Of a DNA stretch of 64,000 nucleotides, positions 9,393 through 18,710 are shown piece after piece (positions within the stretch are counted from its first letter, which is position 1; every line of letters starts with the position of its first letter). Under the pieces are notes generated by a model. It made no database searches. It saw nothing but the letters and a program-made list of their open reading frames with translations, and was not told the origin of the DNA. This DNA is from Acidobacteriota bacterium. GTDB taxonomy: Bacteria > Acidobacteriota > UBA6911 > RPQK01 > JADFOI01. The DNA is taken from assembly GCA_963663035.1 (NCBI GenBank), contig OY760074.1, positions 2,144,001 through 2,208,000 of the forward strand. Reading direction: 5' to 3'. The position numbers were made by a program, and so were the translations under genes.

Positions 9393-10331
9393 ATGCAACC
9401 AATCGTGGAGTGTGTGATGAACGTCAGCGAGGGCAGGGATACAGCAAAACTCCAAGCTATTGCCCGTGAGATCGAGACCGATCCAGATGCATTTCTGCTC
9501 GAAGTCGAACACGATCCCGATCACCACCGCAGTGTTTTTTCTTTTGTTGGGACACCCTCCGCAATTTTCGAGGCAACTTTCGCCGCGGTGAAAAAGGCTG
9601 TCCGTCTGATTGATATGAGGGTACATCGAGGAGTCCATCCACGTATTGGAGCGGTGGACGTTATTCCTTTTGTGCCGCTTCTGAAAGTTTCCATGAAAGA
9701 GTGCGTGGAAATGGCCTGCCGGCTGGGAAAGAAAATATCCCAGGTGTTGCAGGTTCCGGTTTATCTCTATGCTGAAGCAGCCTCACGCCCCGAGCTTGAG
9801 CATCTTTGGGTGATTCGAAAGGGTCAACTTGAAGGACTCCGAGAACAGATCAAGTCAGATGCAAGCAGAAAACCTGATTTTGGGCCCAACCGTTTGCATC
9901 CCACGGCGGGTGCCACCATCGTGGGAGCACGTCGACCTCTTATCGCTTTCAATGTCTACCTGAAGACCTCAGATGTTGCTCTGGCTCGAAGAATCGCCGA
10001 TGCTGTTCGCGGTAGTGCAGGCGGGCTTCCTGGAGTCCGGGCACTGGGATTTTTCATCCAGCACAAGGGTCTCGCACAAGTCTCTATGAACGTCACCGAC
10101 TATCATGAGACTTCTTTACTGAAGGTCTTCAAAAGGGTACAAAAAGAGGCTCGCCGACTCCAAACAGGTATCGTTTCAAGTGAAATCATCGGGCTGGTAC
10201 CCAGGGAAGCGATCAACGACCTGACCATCAGGACACTCCACCTGGAAAACTTTCACCCAGGCAAGCTCTTAGAGAATAGAATTGCTGAGGTGATGAAGAG
10301 CAAGCGGGCTTTCTCATGCACGTCGTCTTAG
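9393..10331 (+). CDS. ftcD: Glutamate formimidoyltransferase
   Basis: VECVMNVSEGRD, DPDHHRSV, HRGVHPRIGAVDVIPFVP. Confidence 0.93.
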   Translation: MQPIVECVMNVSEGRDTAKLQAIAREIETDPDAFLLEVEHDPDHHRSVFSFVGTPSAIFEATFAAVKKAVRLIDMRVHRGVHPRIGAVDVIPFVPLLKVSMKECVEMACRLGKKISQVLQVPVYLYAEAASRPELEHLWVIRKGQLEGLREQIKSDASRKPDFGPNRLHPTAGATIVGARRPLIAFNVYLKTSDVALARRIADAVRGSAGGLPGVRALGFFIQHKGLAQVSMNVTDYHETSLLKVFKRVQKEARRLQTGIVSSEIIGLVPREAINDLTIRTLHLENFHPGKLLENRIAEVMKSKRAFSCTSS

Positions 10332-10771
10332 TGGAACCTGAGATTCCACCCAACACAGGAAACGTAGCTCGCCTCTGTGCAGCGACCCAACTCCCACTGC
10401 ACTTGGTGGGCAAACTGGGGTTTAGCATTACCGATCGCCACCTCAGGAGAGCCGGACTTGATTACTGGGACTGCGTGCAAGTCCACCGTCATGAATCAGT
10501 CCAGGAGTTCTTCGCCAGGGTCCCTTCCCGCCAGCTTCTCTTCTTCTCGAAGAAAGGGCACAAAACGTATGTCAACGCTGCATTCAAGGAAGATGATTTC
10601 CTGGTATTCGGCAGCGAGACAAAAGGCCTTCCCTCCTGGATTTTCGAACAATATCCGGACAACATCTGGCGGATACCCATCTTTCACCCCCAGGTTCGCA
10701 GTCTGAACCTGTCAGGAGCTGTATCGATTGTTGTCTACGAAGCCCTACGTCAGACGGGGAAGCTGGCTTAA
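10316..10771 (+). CDS. trmL: tRNA (cytidine34-2'-O)-methyltransferase
   Basis: PEIPPNTGNVARLC, RRAGLDYW, FGSETKGLP, RSLNLS. Confidence 0.95.
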   Translation: MHVVLVEPEIPPNTGNVARLCAATQLPLHLVGKLGFSITDRHLRRAGLDYWDCVQVHRHESVQEFFARVPSRQLLFFSKKGHKTYVNAAFKEDDFLVFGSETKGLPSWIFEQYPDNIWRIPIFHPQVRSLNLSGAVSIVVYEALRQTGKLA

Positions 10772-10789
10772 GTCAGGTCAGGTCAGGTC

Positions 10790-10992
10790 AGCCCGCATTT
10801 CTCACACTAGGTCGTCGCGAAGCGGCGAAAGGGCCGGAAAACAGAGCCGTGGGCTTTAGCCCACGGGCCCGCAGGCTAAAGCCTGCGGCTCCGACTGGCG
10901 CGCGAGGGACAGTACCCGCTTGCGGGTCGTGCAACGCAGTCAGGTCGGATCATTGCGCCGATGCAGTAGACCTAATGTGAGAAGTGCGGGCT
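10790..10992. mobile_element. Family A element, copy 2, containing a REP-like palindrome doublet
   Basis: 24-bp arms agcccgcatttctcacactaggtc / gacctaatgtgagaagtgcgggct; doublet at 10843-10892; core at 10913-10969; preceded by (gtcag)x4. Confidence 0.8.
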
Positions 10993-11648
10993 TAGACCCC
11001 TCGGGTCTCGGCGCCCCACAGGATCTTATGCAGTTGTACCTGCAATCGGACCAAAAGACCGTCCTCCAGCACCCACTCGGCCAGTTCACGAAGATCGAGC
11101 TGCTCCCAGACAGGAGAGAACAAGACAGTGTGCTTTCCGAGCAGACCCAATTCACGAATCTTCGTCCTGGCCCAGTCATAGTCTCGGCGGGATCCCAGGA
11201 CGAACTTGATTTCATCCTGGGCCTTGAGATGAGGCAGATTTCCCCAACTGTTCTTCTCTTCCATTCCACTGTCAGGGCATTTGATGTCATAAATCAGGAC
11301 AGCTCGAGAGTCGACAGGGCGAACATCGATGCTTCCTCCAGTTTCGATCAGGACCGTTTTTCCGTCATCGAGGAAACGTTTGATCAGTGGAAAGACGGAG
11401 GACTGAAGAAGCGGCTCCCCACCCGTGATCTCCACCAGATCGGTGGGAAAACCCTCAACTCTATCAACGATCTCATCCAAGGATAGCTTCTGACCTTCAG
11501 AGAAAGCATACTCTGTATCACAATAAGTACAGCGTAAATTACAATACGCCAATCGCACAAACGCGCAGGGGCTCCCAGCATAGCTGGATTCACCCTGAAT
11601 GCTGTAAAAGATCTCGTTGACAACCAGGTTATCGTTCATTTTCGTCAC
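10992..11648 (-). CDS. queE: 7-carboxy-7-deazaguanine synthase-like radical SAM enzyme
   Basis: EIFYSIQGES, CNLRCTYCDT, ITGGEPLLQ, QVQLHKILW. Confidence 0.92.
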   Translation of the reverse strand: MTKMNDNLVVNEIFYSIQGESSYAGSPCAFVRLAYCNLRCTYCDTEYAFSEGQKLSLDEIVDRVEGFPTDLVEITGGEPLLQSSVFPLIKRFLDDGKTVLIETGGSIDVRPVDSRAVLIYDIKCPDSGMEEKNSWGNLPHLKAQDEIKFVLGSRRDYDWARTKIRELGLLGKHTVLFSPVWEQLDLRELAEWVLEDGLLVRLQVQLHKILWGAETRGV

Positions 11649-11760
11649 CTTGGGACAGGCTCCTTCGGTATTATAACGGATACGGAATTCGGGGAAAAAC
11701 GGTTCTTACATGTGTTAAAATCGGTGCCAAACAGAGCTTGACAGGGAAGTTTCAAGAAAA

Positions 11761-13503
11761 ATGAGTGTCCTAATAAGCCGAGGCAACTTAAAGCTTTTTG
11801 CCATATTCTTCAGTATGACTCTGTGGCTCAGTGCCGGTGTGAGAAGTGAGGTCAAGGACTGGTACGTGCAGAATTTCGAGAACAAGGCCATGTTTCTGAA
11901 GATCCCGATTCGAGGCCAGCGCCAGATTCTGCACGTCAGAGCCACCAGTCCCGTTCTTGATCCTGCGTCTGCTAACCTTCCTTTGCTTTTTAAGGTTGGA
12001 GATCAAGTGCGAATCACGGAGGTGAACTTTAGAGATGATTCCGTTCGCTTCAAAATCGCATCCACGGATCTGGGCCAAGAAAGCGAGATCCACTTTCAGT
12101 TTCCTCAGCAGCTCAGCCAGGATTTTAGTCAGCAACCGACCTTCGATTTGACCTTACTGGCTACCTTCACCGAAGGGCTCTCCTATACCGATATCGAGTC
12201 TGCTAAGGAGGAGTTCATCAAGAGCCAATTCGACCAGTTCATCCAACAGCTCGCTCACTCCAACAATACCTCCGCCGAAGTTGTGCGGAGTACTCTGGGC
12301 GAAACATTCCCTGAGCATCAACTGCTGCAAGAAGAAGCTAACAGCCTAAAGAGTAAGCTGCAAAGAGTTGAACAGACTCTACTTGATGAGAGTCAAGCAG
12401 GGCAAGAGGTGCAGTCACAGTTGGCTCGCTTTCAAGAGGAATTGGATCAAACAAGGATTGACCTCAGTGCGGTACAAGGCGAGCGAGATGACCTGTTGGA
12501 GGAAATCAAGTCTGCTGAAAGACGAACTGATGACTTTCGCAAGAGCGCCGAGGAATACGAACAGCAAATGAATTCCCTGGTGGAAAACCTGAACCTGAAG
12601 ACATCTTCGGCAAGCAGCCTGGGCGCGCAAGTTAGCGTCTTGAACGACTCGATCCAGACCCTGCGGCAGGAACAAATCACCCGGGGCCGAAAGCTTGAAG
12701 AGGTCAACACCCAGCTGCAGGAATTGCAAGTGAAGAACCGGGAACTGTCCGAAGACCTGAAGGACGCCCAAGATGAAAGGCAAAAAGTGTGGGATAACCT
12801 CAGCGTTCTGACCTCTAACAGAAAGAGCCTCGAGGCCCGCTACGTTGCCAGTCAAGAGGAGAATGAACAGTTGCAGAATGCTGCTGTTTTGAGCGACTCG
12901 CTACATCTGGAAAGAAGACTCGAACGTCGAGAGGAAGGTACGTTTCAGCTTGCTGATCTTTACCTGCTGAGTCAACACATTGCTACTCTGGAGATGCAGG
13001 TTCCCCCCTATTCGGGTACGGTAAATCCGGTGCGTTTTTCGATGCACTCGCCTGACATGGTGAAATTTTCCGAGGAAGAACGGGAGATTTACGAGGTTCT
13101 GGGGGAACCGTTTAAGATCGAGACAAGCTGGCAATCCAGCTCTAATGACTTGAAGTTCCTCTTATTGAACACGGAGGCCATTCAAACCGTTGGCCCCAGA
13201 GAGACCGTCGAATGGCCCTGGCTGTTTCAAGGAGAAATCTCTCAGCCGGAGCAGGCTTCACTGATCACATCTTTGGTGAGTCCAGAGGGCAGGGAAACTT
13301 TTATAGGTTCTCAGGACGTTACAGTGAACCCCGGGCATGTGATGGCCCGTTTACAGCAGTCAATTTCACCGCTGTCACTTCTGGCTGGGGCAGTACTGAC
13401 GATGGCTGTTTTGGGACTGGTCTTTGGAATACGGGGACGCTCTCGGTCTACAGCAAGCAAGCAGACAGTGCGTCGCGACCAGGTCATCCAGAAAAAATTC
13501 TAA
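11761..13503 (+). CDS. Hypothetical exported coiled-coil protein with C-terminal TM anchor
   Basis: Signal-like N-terminus, long E/Q/L coiled coil, LLAGAVLTMAVLGLVFGI followed by a basic tail. Confidence 0.75.
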   Translation: MSVLISRGNLKLFAIFFSMTLWLSAGVRSEVKDWYVQNFENKAMFLKIPIRGQRQILHVRATSPVLDPASANLPLLFKVGDQVRITEVNFRDDSVRFKIASTDLGQESEIHFQFPQQLSQDFSQQPTFDLTLLATFTEGLSYTDIESAKEEFIKSQFDQFIQQLAHSNNTSAEVVRSTLGETFPEHQLLQEEANSLKSKLQRVEQTLLDESQAGQEVQSQLARFQEELDQTRIDLSAVQGERDDLLEEIKSAERRTDDFRKSAEEYEQQMNSLVENLNLKTSSASSLGAQVSVLNDSIQTLRQEQITRGRKLEEVNTQLQELQVKNRELSEDLKDAQDERQKVWDNLSVLTSNRKSLEARYVASQEENEQLQNAAVLSDSLHLERRLERREEGTFQLADLYLLSQHIATLEMQVPPYSGTVNPVRFSMHSPDMVKFSEEEREIYEVLGEPFKIETSWQSSSNDLKFLLLNTEAIQTVGPRETVEWPWLFQGEISQPEQASLITSLVSPEGRETFIGSQDVTVNPGHVMARLQQSISPLSLLAGAVLTMAVLGLVFGIRGRSRSTASKQTVRRDQVIQKKF

Positions 13504-13510
13504 ACTTTGG

Positions 13511-13741
13511 CTACTCTTTCTGGGTCTCGGTCAGATGATAGCCGTTTTCTTTGAACTTCTTACCCTCTTCGGTCAACTCAGGGTCGTCCTGTTCAGGTTC
13601 CGGAATACGGGTATGGCAAAAGACACACAGCTTCCCCGTTTCTTTCCGATACTTCAATGTAGCCTCAGCCGTGGACTCGAACAAAAGCAAGAAAAAGCCA
13701 CAGAGAATGATCGAGAAGGCTGTCACCTGGAGTGTTTTCAT
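13511..13741 (-). CDS. Small exported monoheme c-type cytochrome (76 aa)
   Basis: MKTLQVTAFSIILCGFFLLLFESTAEA signal peptide, then CVFCH; upstream part of the called ORF is antisense to nth. Confidence 0.75.
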   Translation of the reverse strand: MKTLQVTAFSIILCGFFLLLFESTAEATLKYRKETGKLCVFCHTRIPEPEQDDPELTEEGKKFKENGYHLTETQKE

Positions 13742-13810
13742 TCCACTTGCTCTGGGAATTTGCCCTGATTCGTTTCGGTTCCTCCTGCGATGGTATGATG
13801 AGTATTGCTG

Positions 13811-14485
13811 ATGTGTCCACAAAAATCTGCCACGAAAAGGGAAGCCAAGGAGGAACATCGGATTGCTGAGATTCTCAGGCGACTGGACAGGGAGTATCCT
13901 GATGCTCAGTGCGCTCTTCATTACGAGAATCCCTATCAGCTTCTCGTGGCTACAATCCTGTCCGCTCAATGCACGGATAAGCGAGTGAACATGGTCACGC
14001 CTCAACTGTTTACTCGCTACCCGACACCGGAAGACATGGCCCAGGCTAAAGAGGAAGAGTTGCAGGAATTGATCCGGAGTACTGGTTTTTTTCGGAACAA
14101 GGCCAAGAATCTGGTGGGGGCCGCTCAAGGGATAACTGCAGAATCCGAAGGGAAAGTTCCTGAAAGCATGGAGAAACTGTTAAAACTACCCGGTGTAGCG
14201 CGAAAGACAGCCAATGTCGTTTTGGGCACAGGTTTTGGAATCACCAGCGGCATAGTTGTAGACACCCATGTCAAGCGTCTGAGCCACCGCTTGGGCATGA
14301 CCACCCAGAAAGATCCCAACAAGATCGAGCTAGATCTCATGGGCCAGATTCCCGAATATCATTGGATCGGTTTTTCCCACCAGTTAATTCATCATGGTCG
14401 ACGGATCTGCAAGAGCCGCAAGCCGAGCTGTGAAGCATGTTTCTTAGCCAATCTTTGTCCTTATTACCTAAGTGAATGCCCGTAA
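13811..14485 (+). CDS. nth: Endonuclease III
   Basis: LLVATILSAQCTD, LPGVARKTANVV, C-X6-C-X2-C-X5-C. Confidence 0.97.
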   Translation: MCPQKSATKREAKEEHRIAEILRRLDREYPDAQCALHYENPYQLLVATILSAQCTDKRVNMVTPQLFTRYPTPEDMAQAKEEELQELIRSTGFFRNKAKNLVGAAQGITAESEGKVPESMEKLLKLPGVARKTANVVLGTGFGITSGIVVDTHVKRLSHRLGMTTQKDPNKIELDLMGQIPEYHWIGFSHQLIHHGRRICKSRKPSCEACFLANLCPYYLSECP

Positions 14486-15609
14486 CTTTCAAGTACTCCA
14501 ATATATTTTTCAGCCTCGCTTTCGTTCTCATCCTCTACCTGTTTTACAAGATGATCCAACCCTTTCTCATCAGCGTGATTTTATCCCTGACTCTGGTGTC
14601 ACTTTTCTATGCAAACTATCTTGAACTGAACCGGAAACTGAAGGGTCGCTCAAATCTGAGTTCCGCCCTTATGTGTCTCATCGTCACAATCCTGATCATT
14701 ATTCCCTTTTTTGTTTTCTTCATCGCCCTCCTCAACGAGTTTGTTTTTGCTTATGAAAGCTTTCAGGTTCAATTGGCAAGCGGAGAGCTGGGGCGAAATC
14801 TCTACTGGCCGGAAAGCGCCTTCTTGAGAGAAGTTCACGAGCAGTTCAGCCAATTCCTAGGCATAGAAGGGTTGAACCTGACTCTGGTGATTTCATCACT
14901 GCTGGATCGAGTGGCCCGCTATCTAACGGAGCATTATGCTTCGATTTTGGGAGGGATCGGAGCATTCTTTTTTAAGTTCTCCATCATGGTCTTCAGCATG
15001 TTCTTTTTCTTCCGTGACGGCGAAGCCCTTGTTCGAGAGCTGAAGAAATTGATCCCTTTGGCCCCAGAGCATGAGGATCTGGTGCTCAAGAAGTTAAAAG
15101 ACGTCACCTATGCGACATTTTTCGGGATCTTTGCGACAGGGATTTGTCAGGGAATCGTTGCCGGTTTTATCTTCACCTTCTTGGGGATCAACAATGCAAT
15201 CTTGTGGGGAACGGCTACCGCAGTCTTTTCTCTCGTCCCCTTGATTGGAACGGCCACGGTGTGGATTCCCATGAGTCTTTATTTGATCTCCACTGGAGCG
15301 GTGACAAGAGGTGTCATCCTGTTCCTTCTCGGATTGACGATCATTGGAGTGGTCGACAATTTAATTCGTCCACTCATCATCGAAGGAAAATCCCAAGGAA
15401 TGCATCTGTTACTCGTTGTCTTCTCTCTAGCGGGTGGCCTCATGTTGTTCGGACCCTCCGGGTTAGTGCTTGGACCCCTTGTGGCAGCACTGTTTGTAAC
15501 CTTTCTGGAAATTTATAAGATCGAGTTCGAGGAGCAGCTGGTTACGGAGGACCAAGCCACCCCAGAGCTCACCACACAGGAAGAGAAAGCAGCAACACCC
15601 TCAGTCTAA
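14476..15609 (+). CDS. AI-2E family transporter
   Basis: Multiple TM helices, DNLIRP, GGLMLFG..GLVLGP. Confidence 0.9.
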   Translation: MPVTFKYSNIFFSLAFVLILYLFYKMIQPFLISVILSLTLVSLFYANYLELNRKLKGRSNLSSALMCLIVTILIIIPFFVFFIALLNEFVFAYESFQVQLASGELGRNLYWPESAFLREVHEQFSQFLGIEGLNLTLVISSLLDRVARYLTEHYASILGGIGAFFFKFSIMVFSMFFFFRDGEALVRELKKLIPLAPEHEDLVLKKLKDVTYATFFGIFATGICQGIVAGFIFTFLGINNAILWGTATAVFSLVPLIGTATVWIPMSLYLISTGAVTRGVILFLLGLTIIGVVDNLIRPLIIEGKSQGMHLLLVVFSLAGGLMLFGPSGLVLGPLVAALFVTFLEIYKIEFEEQLVTEDQATPELTTQEEKAATPSV

Positions 15610-16421
15610 TGGCCTCTCTGCAGCCCATCCCCAAAGTTTTGACCATTGCGGGATCCGACAGCGGCGGTTGTGCCGGTATCCAGGCCGATCTCAAGACCTT
15701 CGCAGCATTAGAAGTGCACGGAATGAGCGTCATCACGTCAGTGACTGCGCAGAACACCAGGAAGGTCTTAATGGCCTCTGACCTCCCACTTGAGAATATC
15801 CAACGCCAGATTGAAGCGGTTCTGGAGGACATTGGCGCCGATGCGGTCAAGACTGGAATGCTCCCCTCCCCAGAGATCATTGAGTTAGTGAGCGAGAACG
15901 TGAGGCGATTTCGTATGGAGCGCTTGGTTGTGGACCCGGTTATGGTGAGTACTGGAGGTGATCTCCTTATTAGTCCGGAGGCAACGGAGGTCATGAAGAC
16001 AAAGCTGTTTCCCCAGGCATTAGTCGTCACCCCCAACCTGCGAGAAGCAGAAGTCCTGACGGGAGGCAAAATCACAAAACAGGAAAACTTGAAACAGGCA
16101 GTGCGGCAGATTTTGGAACTGGGACCCCGTTCGGTGATTATAAAGGGCGGACACTTTGCAGATCCGAAACAATCTATCGATTATTTCTTTGACGGTGAGG
16201 AATTCATACCATTTCCAGGTTCTCGATTGGAAACGCGGAACACTCACGGCAGCGGCTGCACGTTCGCTTCAGCCATAGCTGCTTACTTGGCCCATGGACT
16301 GGACCTGAAGGAGGCTATCTCGTACGCTAAAGAGTACATAACTGAAGCCATTCGCCATTCCTTTCCACTTGGAAGCGGCCACGGACCGCTGGGGCATTTT
16401 TGGAAATACTGGAAACAGTGA
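15609..16421 (+). CDS. thiD: Hydroxymethylpyrimidine/phosphomethylpyrimidine kinase
   Basis: LTIAGSDSGGCAGIQADLKTF, THGSGCTF, GHGP. Confidence 0.96.
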   Translation: MASLQPIPKVLTIAGSDSGGCAGIQADLKTFAALEVHGMSVITSVTAQNTRKVLMASDLPLENIQRQIEAVLEDIGADAVKTGMLPSPEIIELVSENVRRFRMERLVVDPVMVSTGGDLLISPEATEVMKTKLFPQALVVTPNLREAEVLTGGKITKQENLKQAVRQILELGPRSVIIKGGHFADPKQSIDYFFDGEEFIPFPGSRLETRNTHGSGCTFASAIAAYLAHGLDLKEAISYAKEYITEAIRHSFPLGSGHGPLGHFWKYWKQ

Positions 16422-16530
16422 GCCATGATCAGCTGAGCAGCCCGCTTTGTTCCCGTACCCATTTATGATAATCTAGAAGAGACGAGGTGCTAAGTGACTA
16501 TCGTGCTAAGTCCGTGAAAGGAGTTAAGTT

Positions 16531-16896
16531 ATGGCTTCTACAGGAGACAAATTCATTTACTTCTTGGTAGGAGGATTTGTCGGGGCATCCATTGCCTTAA
16601 TTCTTGCTCCCAAAACAGGAGAAGAAACCAGAGAATACTTAGAAAACAGATACAAAGAAGGAACTGATCGGTTAACCGGGAAGGTCCAAGAAGGGAAAGA
16701 GCTGGTGACAGAAAAGTCGCTGTCCATGGCCGGGCAGGTAACCGACCGGATCGATCAAGGCAAGGACATGTTACAGCGCCAGAAGGAACAGGCCTCCGCT
16801 GCAATTGCGGCGGGAAAAGAGGCCTATGAAAGGGAGAGGAGCAAACTGACAGGTGTGAACAGTGGGAAAAAAAGTAAAAAGAAATCAGCTTCCTAA
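16531..16896 (+). CDS. YtxH domain protein
   Basis: FLVGGFVGASIALILAPKTGEETR. Confidence 0.9.
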   Translation: MASTGDKFIYFLVGGFVGASIALILAPKTGEETREYLENRYKEGTDRLTGKVQEGKELVTEKSLSMAGQVTDRIDQGKDMLQRQKEQASAAIAAGKEAYERERSKLTGVNSGKKSKKKSAS

Positions 16897-16935
16897 GGAG
16901 TTGATCCCGGGATGCCGGGTTGAAAGGAGTGCCTC

Positions 16936-17577
16936 GTGAGTCTTGAAATTCTTCTCGTTATCTTCGTCGGCATTAGCGCACTAGCGTTGCTGCTCCAGAG
17001 CCTTTCCATTTGGAAGGCTGCGCGATCCGTCACGCAGATGCTACACAGACTGGACCGACAATCAAAAGAGTTGCAAGAAGATGCTTCCGAACTGATAGGA
17101 GGGATCCAGGGAATTGTGGAGAGCATGGCACCCCTGAGCAGAATCACGGAAAACCTGAAGACCAATATGGACCTTATCTCGGAGATGGTGAAGAACCGAG
17201 CTCAAGACCTCGACACATTCGTCCAGGAAATAACGGAGATGAGTCGGGAACAGGGATCCAAGGTCAACTATGTGGTCAGCGACACTATCCAGAAGTTCGA
17301 GCAGACGACGGAGATGCTTCATGAGGATCTGCTCAAGCCAGCCGTTGAGATTTCTTCATTCTTAAGGGGAATCAAAGCAGGACTGGGCTATCTCTTCAAC
17401 AAGAAGGCCCGCATCTTCCAGATGACAGCCCGGAGATAAGAAACGATGCGATGATTCCAGCATCTCTGCTCGTCGGCTTCTGGGAACACGTTGCGCAACG
17501 CTCCCCAGATCCCCAAGTGAGTGTTTTTACCGCCCCCGTCGACTAAAAGCTCTCCTGAAGAGGAGATGTTTATCTAA
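16936..17577 (+). CDS. YtxG/DUF948-like membrane-anchored helical protein, interrupted near its 3' end (ORF stops at 17439; in-frame tail PPSTKSSPEEEMFI* at 17533-17577)
   Basis: N-terminal TM plus amphipathic helices; tail is in the same frame after a 126-nt stop-containing segment. Confidence 0.65.
17407..17532. other. 126-nt structured intervening sequence carrying a split copy of 17605-17633
   Basis: ggagataagaaac (17432-17444) and ccaagtgagtgttttta (17513-17529) match the contiguous site 17605-17633; internal hairpins. Confidence 0.6.
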
Positions 17578-17578
17578 A

Positions 17579-17690
17579 GGAGAGGAGGCAGGAGGTAGGA
17601 GGCAGGAGATAAGAAACCAAGTGAGTGTTTTTATTCTTCAGTTTTCAAACCATAATCCTGCCCTATCGCTCTCCTGTCTCCTGACTCCTT
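17579..17690. repeat. Inverted pair of heptamer tracts (aggaggc.. / ..tcctgtc) between convergent genes
   Basis: ggaggcaggaggtaggaggcaggag ... tcctgccc...ctcctgtctcctgactcct. Confidence 0.75.
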
Positions 17691-17691
17691 C

Positions 17692-18690
17692 TTAGAAGTC
17701 ACCCCACCTTAGAAGCACACTACCCCAAGTAAAGCCGGCTCCAAAGCTGGCCAGGAGCACGAGATCTCCCTTGTTGATGCGCCCCTCCCCATGGGCCTCG
17801 GTCAACCCGATGGGAATGGTGCCCGCCGTGGTATTAGCGTAGCGATCAATGTTGATAACGGCCTTTTCAGGAGCGAGTCCGAGGCGCTCCAGCGAAGCTT
17901 TGATGATTCTGATATTGGCTTGGTGAGGAACGTAAAGAGTGACGTCATCGGAAGTGAAGCCATTCCTCTCCAGAATGTCAGCACACACTTCCGTTATACG
18001 TTTCACAGCGAATTTAAAAACATTTCTCCCGTCCTGATGCACATAGTGCATTTTCTTGTCGATAGTCTCATGAGTGGCCGGATGAAGGCTGCCGCCTGCC
18101 GGCATGTAGAGAAACTTCCCCCCCGCTCCGTCGCTGTGAAGCATGAAGTCGAGAATCCCAATGTTTTCTTCCTGAGTTGGCTCGAGCAAGACCGCTCCTG
18201 CCCCATCACCAAAGAGGACACAGGTGGTCCGATCCTCAAAGTCGAGTATCGAACTCATGACATCCGTTCCCACTACCAGCACCTTCTTATAACTCCCCGT
18301 CTGGACAAACTGCGCACCGGTGGCCATGGCATAGAGAAAACCCGAGCAAGCTCCTGACAAGTCAAAGCTCCAGGCATTCTTGGCACCGATTTTTTCCTGC
18401 ACAATACAGGCAGTCGAGGGGAACATCATGTCTGGAGTCACTGTGGCAACAATGATCAGGTCCAGCTCCTCGGGGTGCACGTCTCTCCCTCGAAGGGCAT
18501 TCTCGATGGCCTTTACGGACAGATCACTGTTAGCCTGTCCCTCTGAAACAATGCGTCGTTCCGAAATGCCGCTCCGGTCACGAATCCACTCATCGGAAGT
18601 GTCTACCAAAAGTGACAACTCGTCATTTGTAACCTTTTTCTCCGGTACATACATGCCGAGAGCGGTAATTTGGGCTAGTATTTTTTGCAA
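17692..18690 (-). CDS. fabH: 3-oxoacyl-ACP synthase III
   Basis: GACSGF, VPHQANIRII, ANTTAGTIP, FGAGFTWG. Confidence 0.96.
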   Translation of the reverse strand: MQKILAQITALGMYVPEKKVTNDELSLLVDTSDEWIRDRSGISERRIVSEGQANSDLSVKAIENALRGRDVHPEELDLIIVATVTPDMMFPSTACIVQEKIGAKNAWSFDLSGACSGFLYAMATGAQFVQTGSYKKVLVVGTDVMSSILDFEDRTTCVLFGDGAGAVLLEPTQEENIGILDFMLHSDGAGGKFLYMPAGGSLHPATHETIDKKMHYVHQDGRNVFKFAVKRITEVCADILERNGFTSDDVTLYVPHQANIRIIKASLERLGLAPEKAVINIDRYANTTAGTIPIGLTEAHGEGRINKGDLVLLASFGAGFTWGSVLLRWGDF

Positions 18691-18710
18691 ATTCTCTCCA
18701 CTCCTGCAGA

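Noticed and set aside
17415-17430. 11-13 nt matches of the insertion to sites near 25092 (agatgacagcc) and 39171 (cttccagatgaca)
   Set aside because: Matches of this length are plausible by chance in 64 kb, unlike the adjacent, ordered 13 + 17 nt match.
17432-17512. Hammerhead ribozyme or T4 gene 60-type bypass reading of the insertion
   Set aside because: There is no correctly ordered CUGAUGA/GAAA core on either strand, and no matching landing codon that restores the EEEMFI frame.
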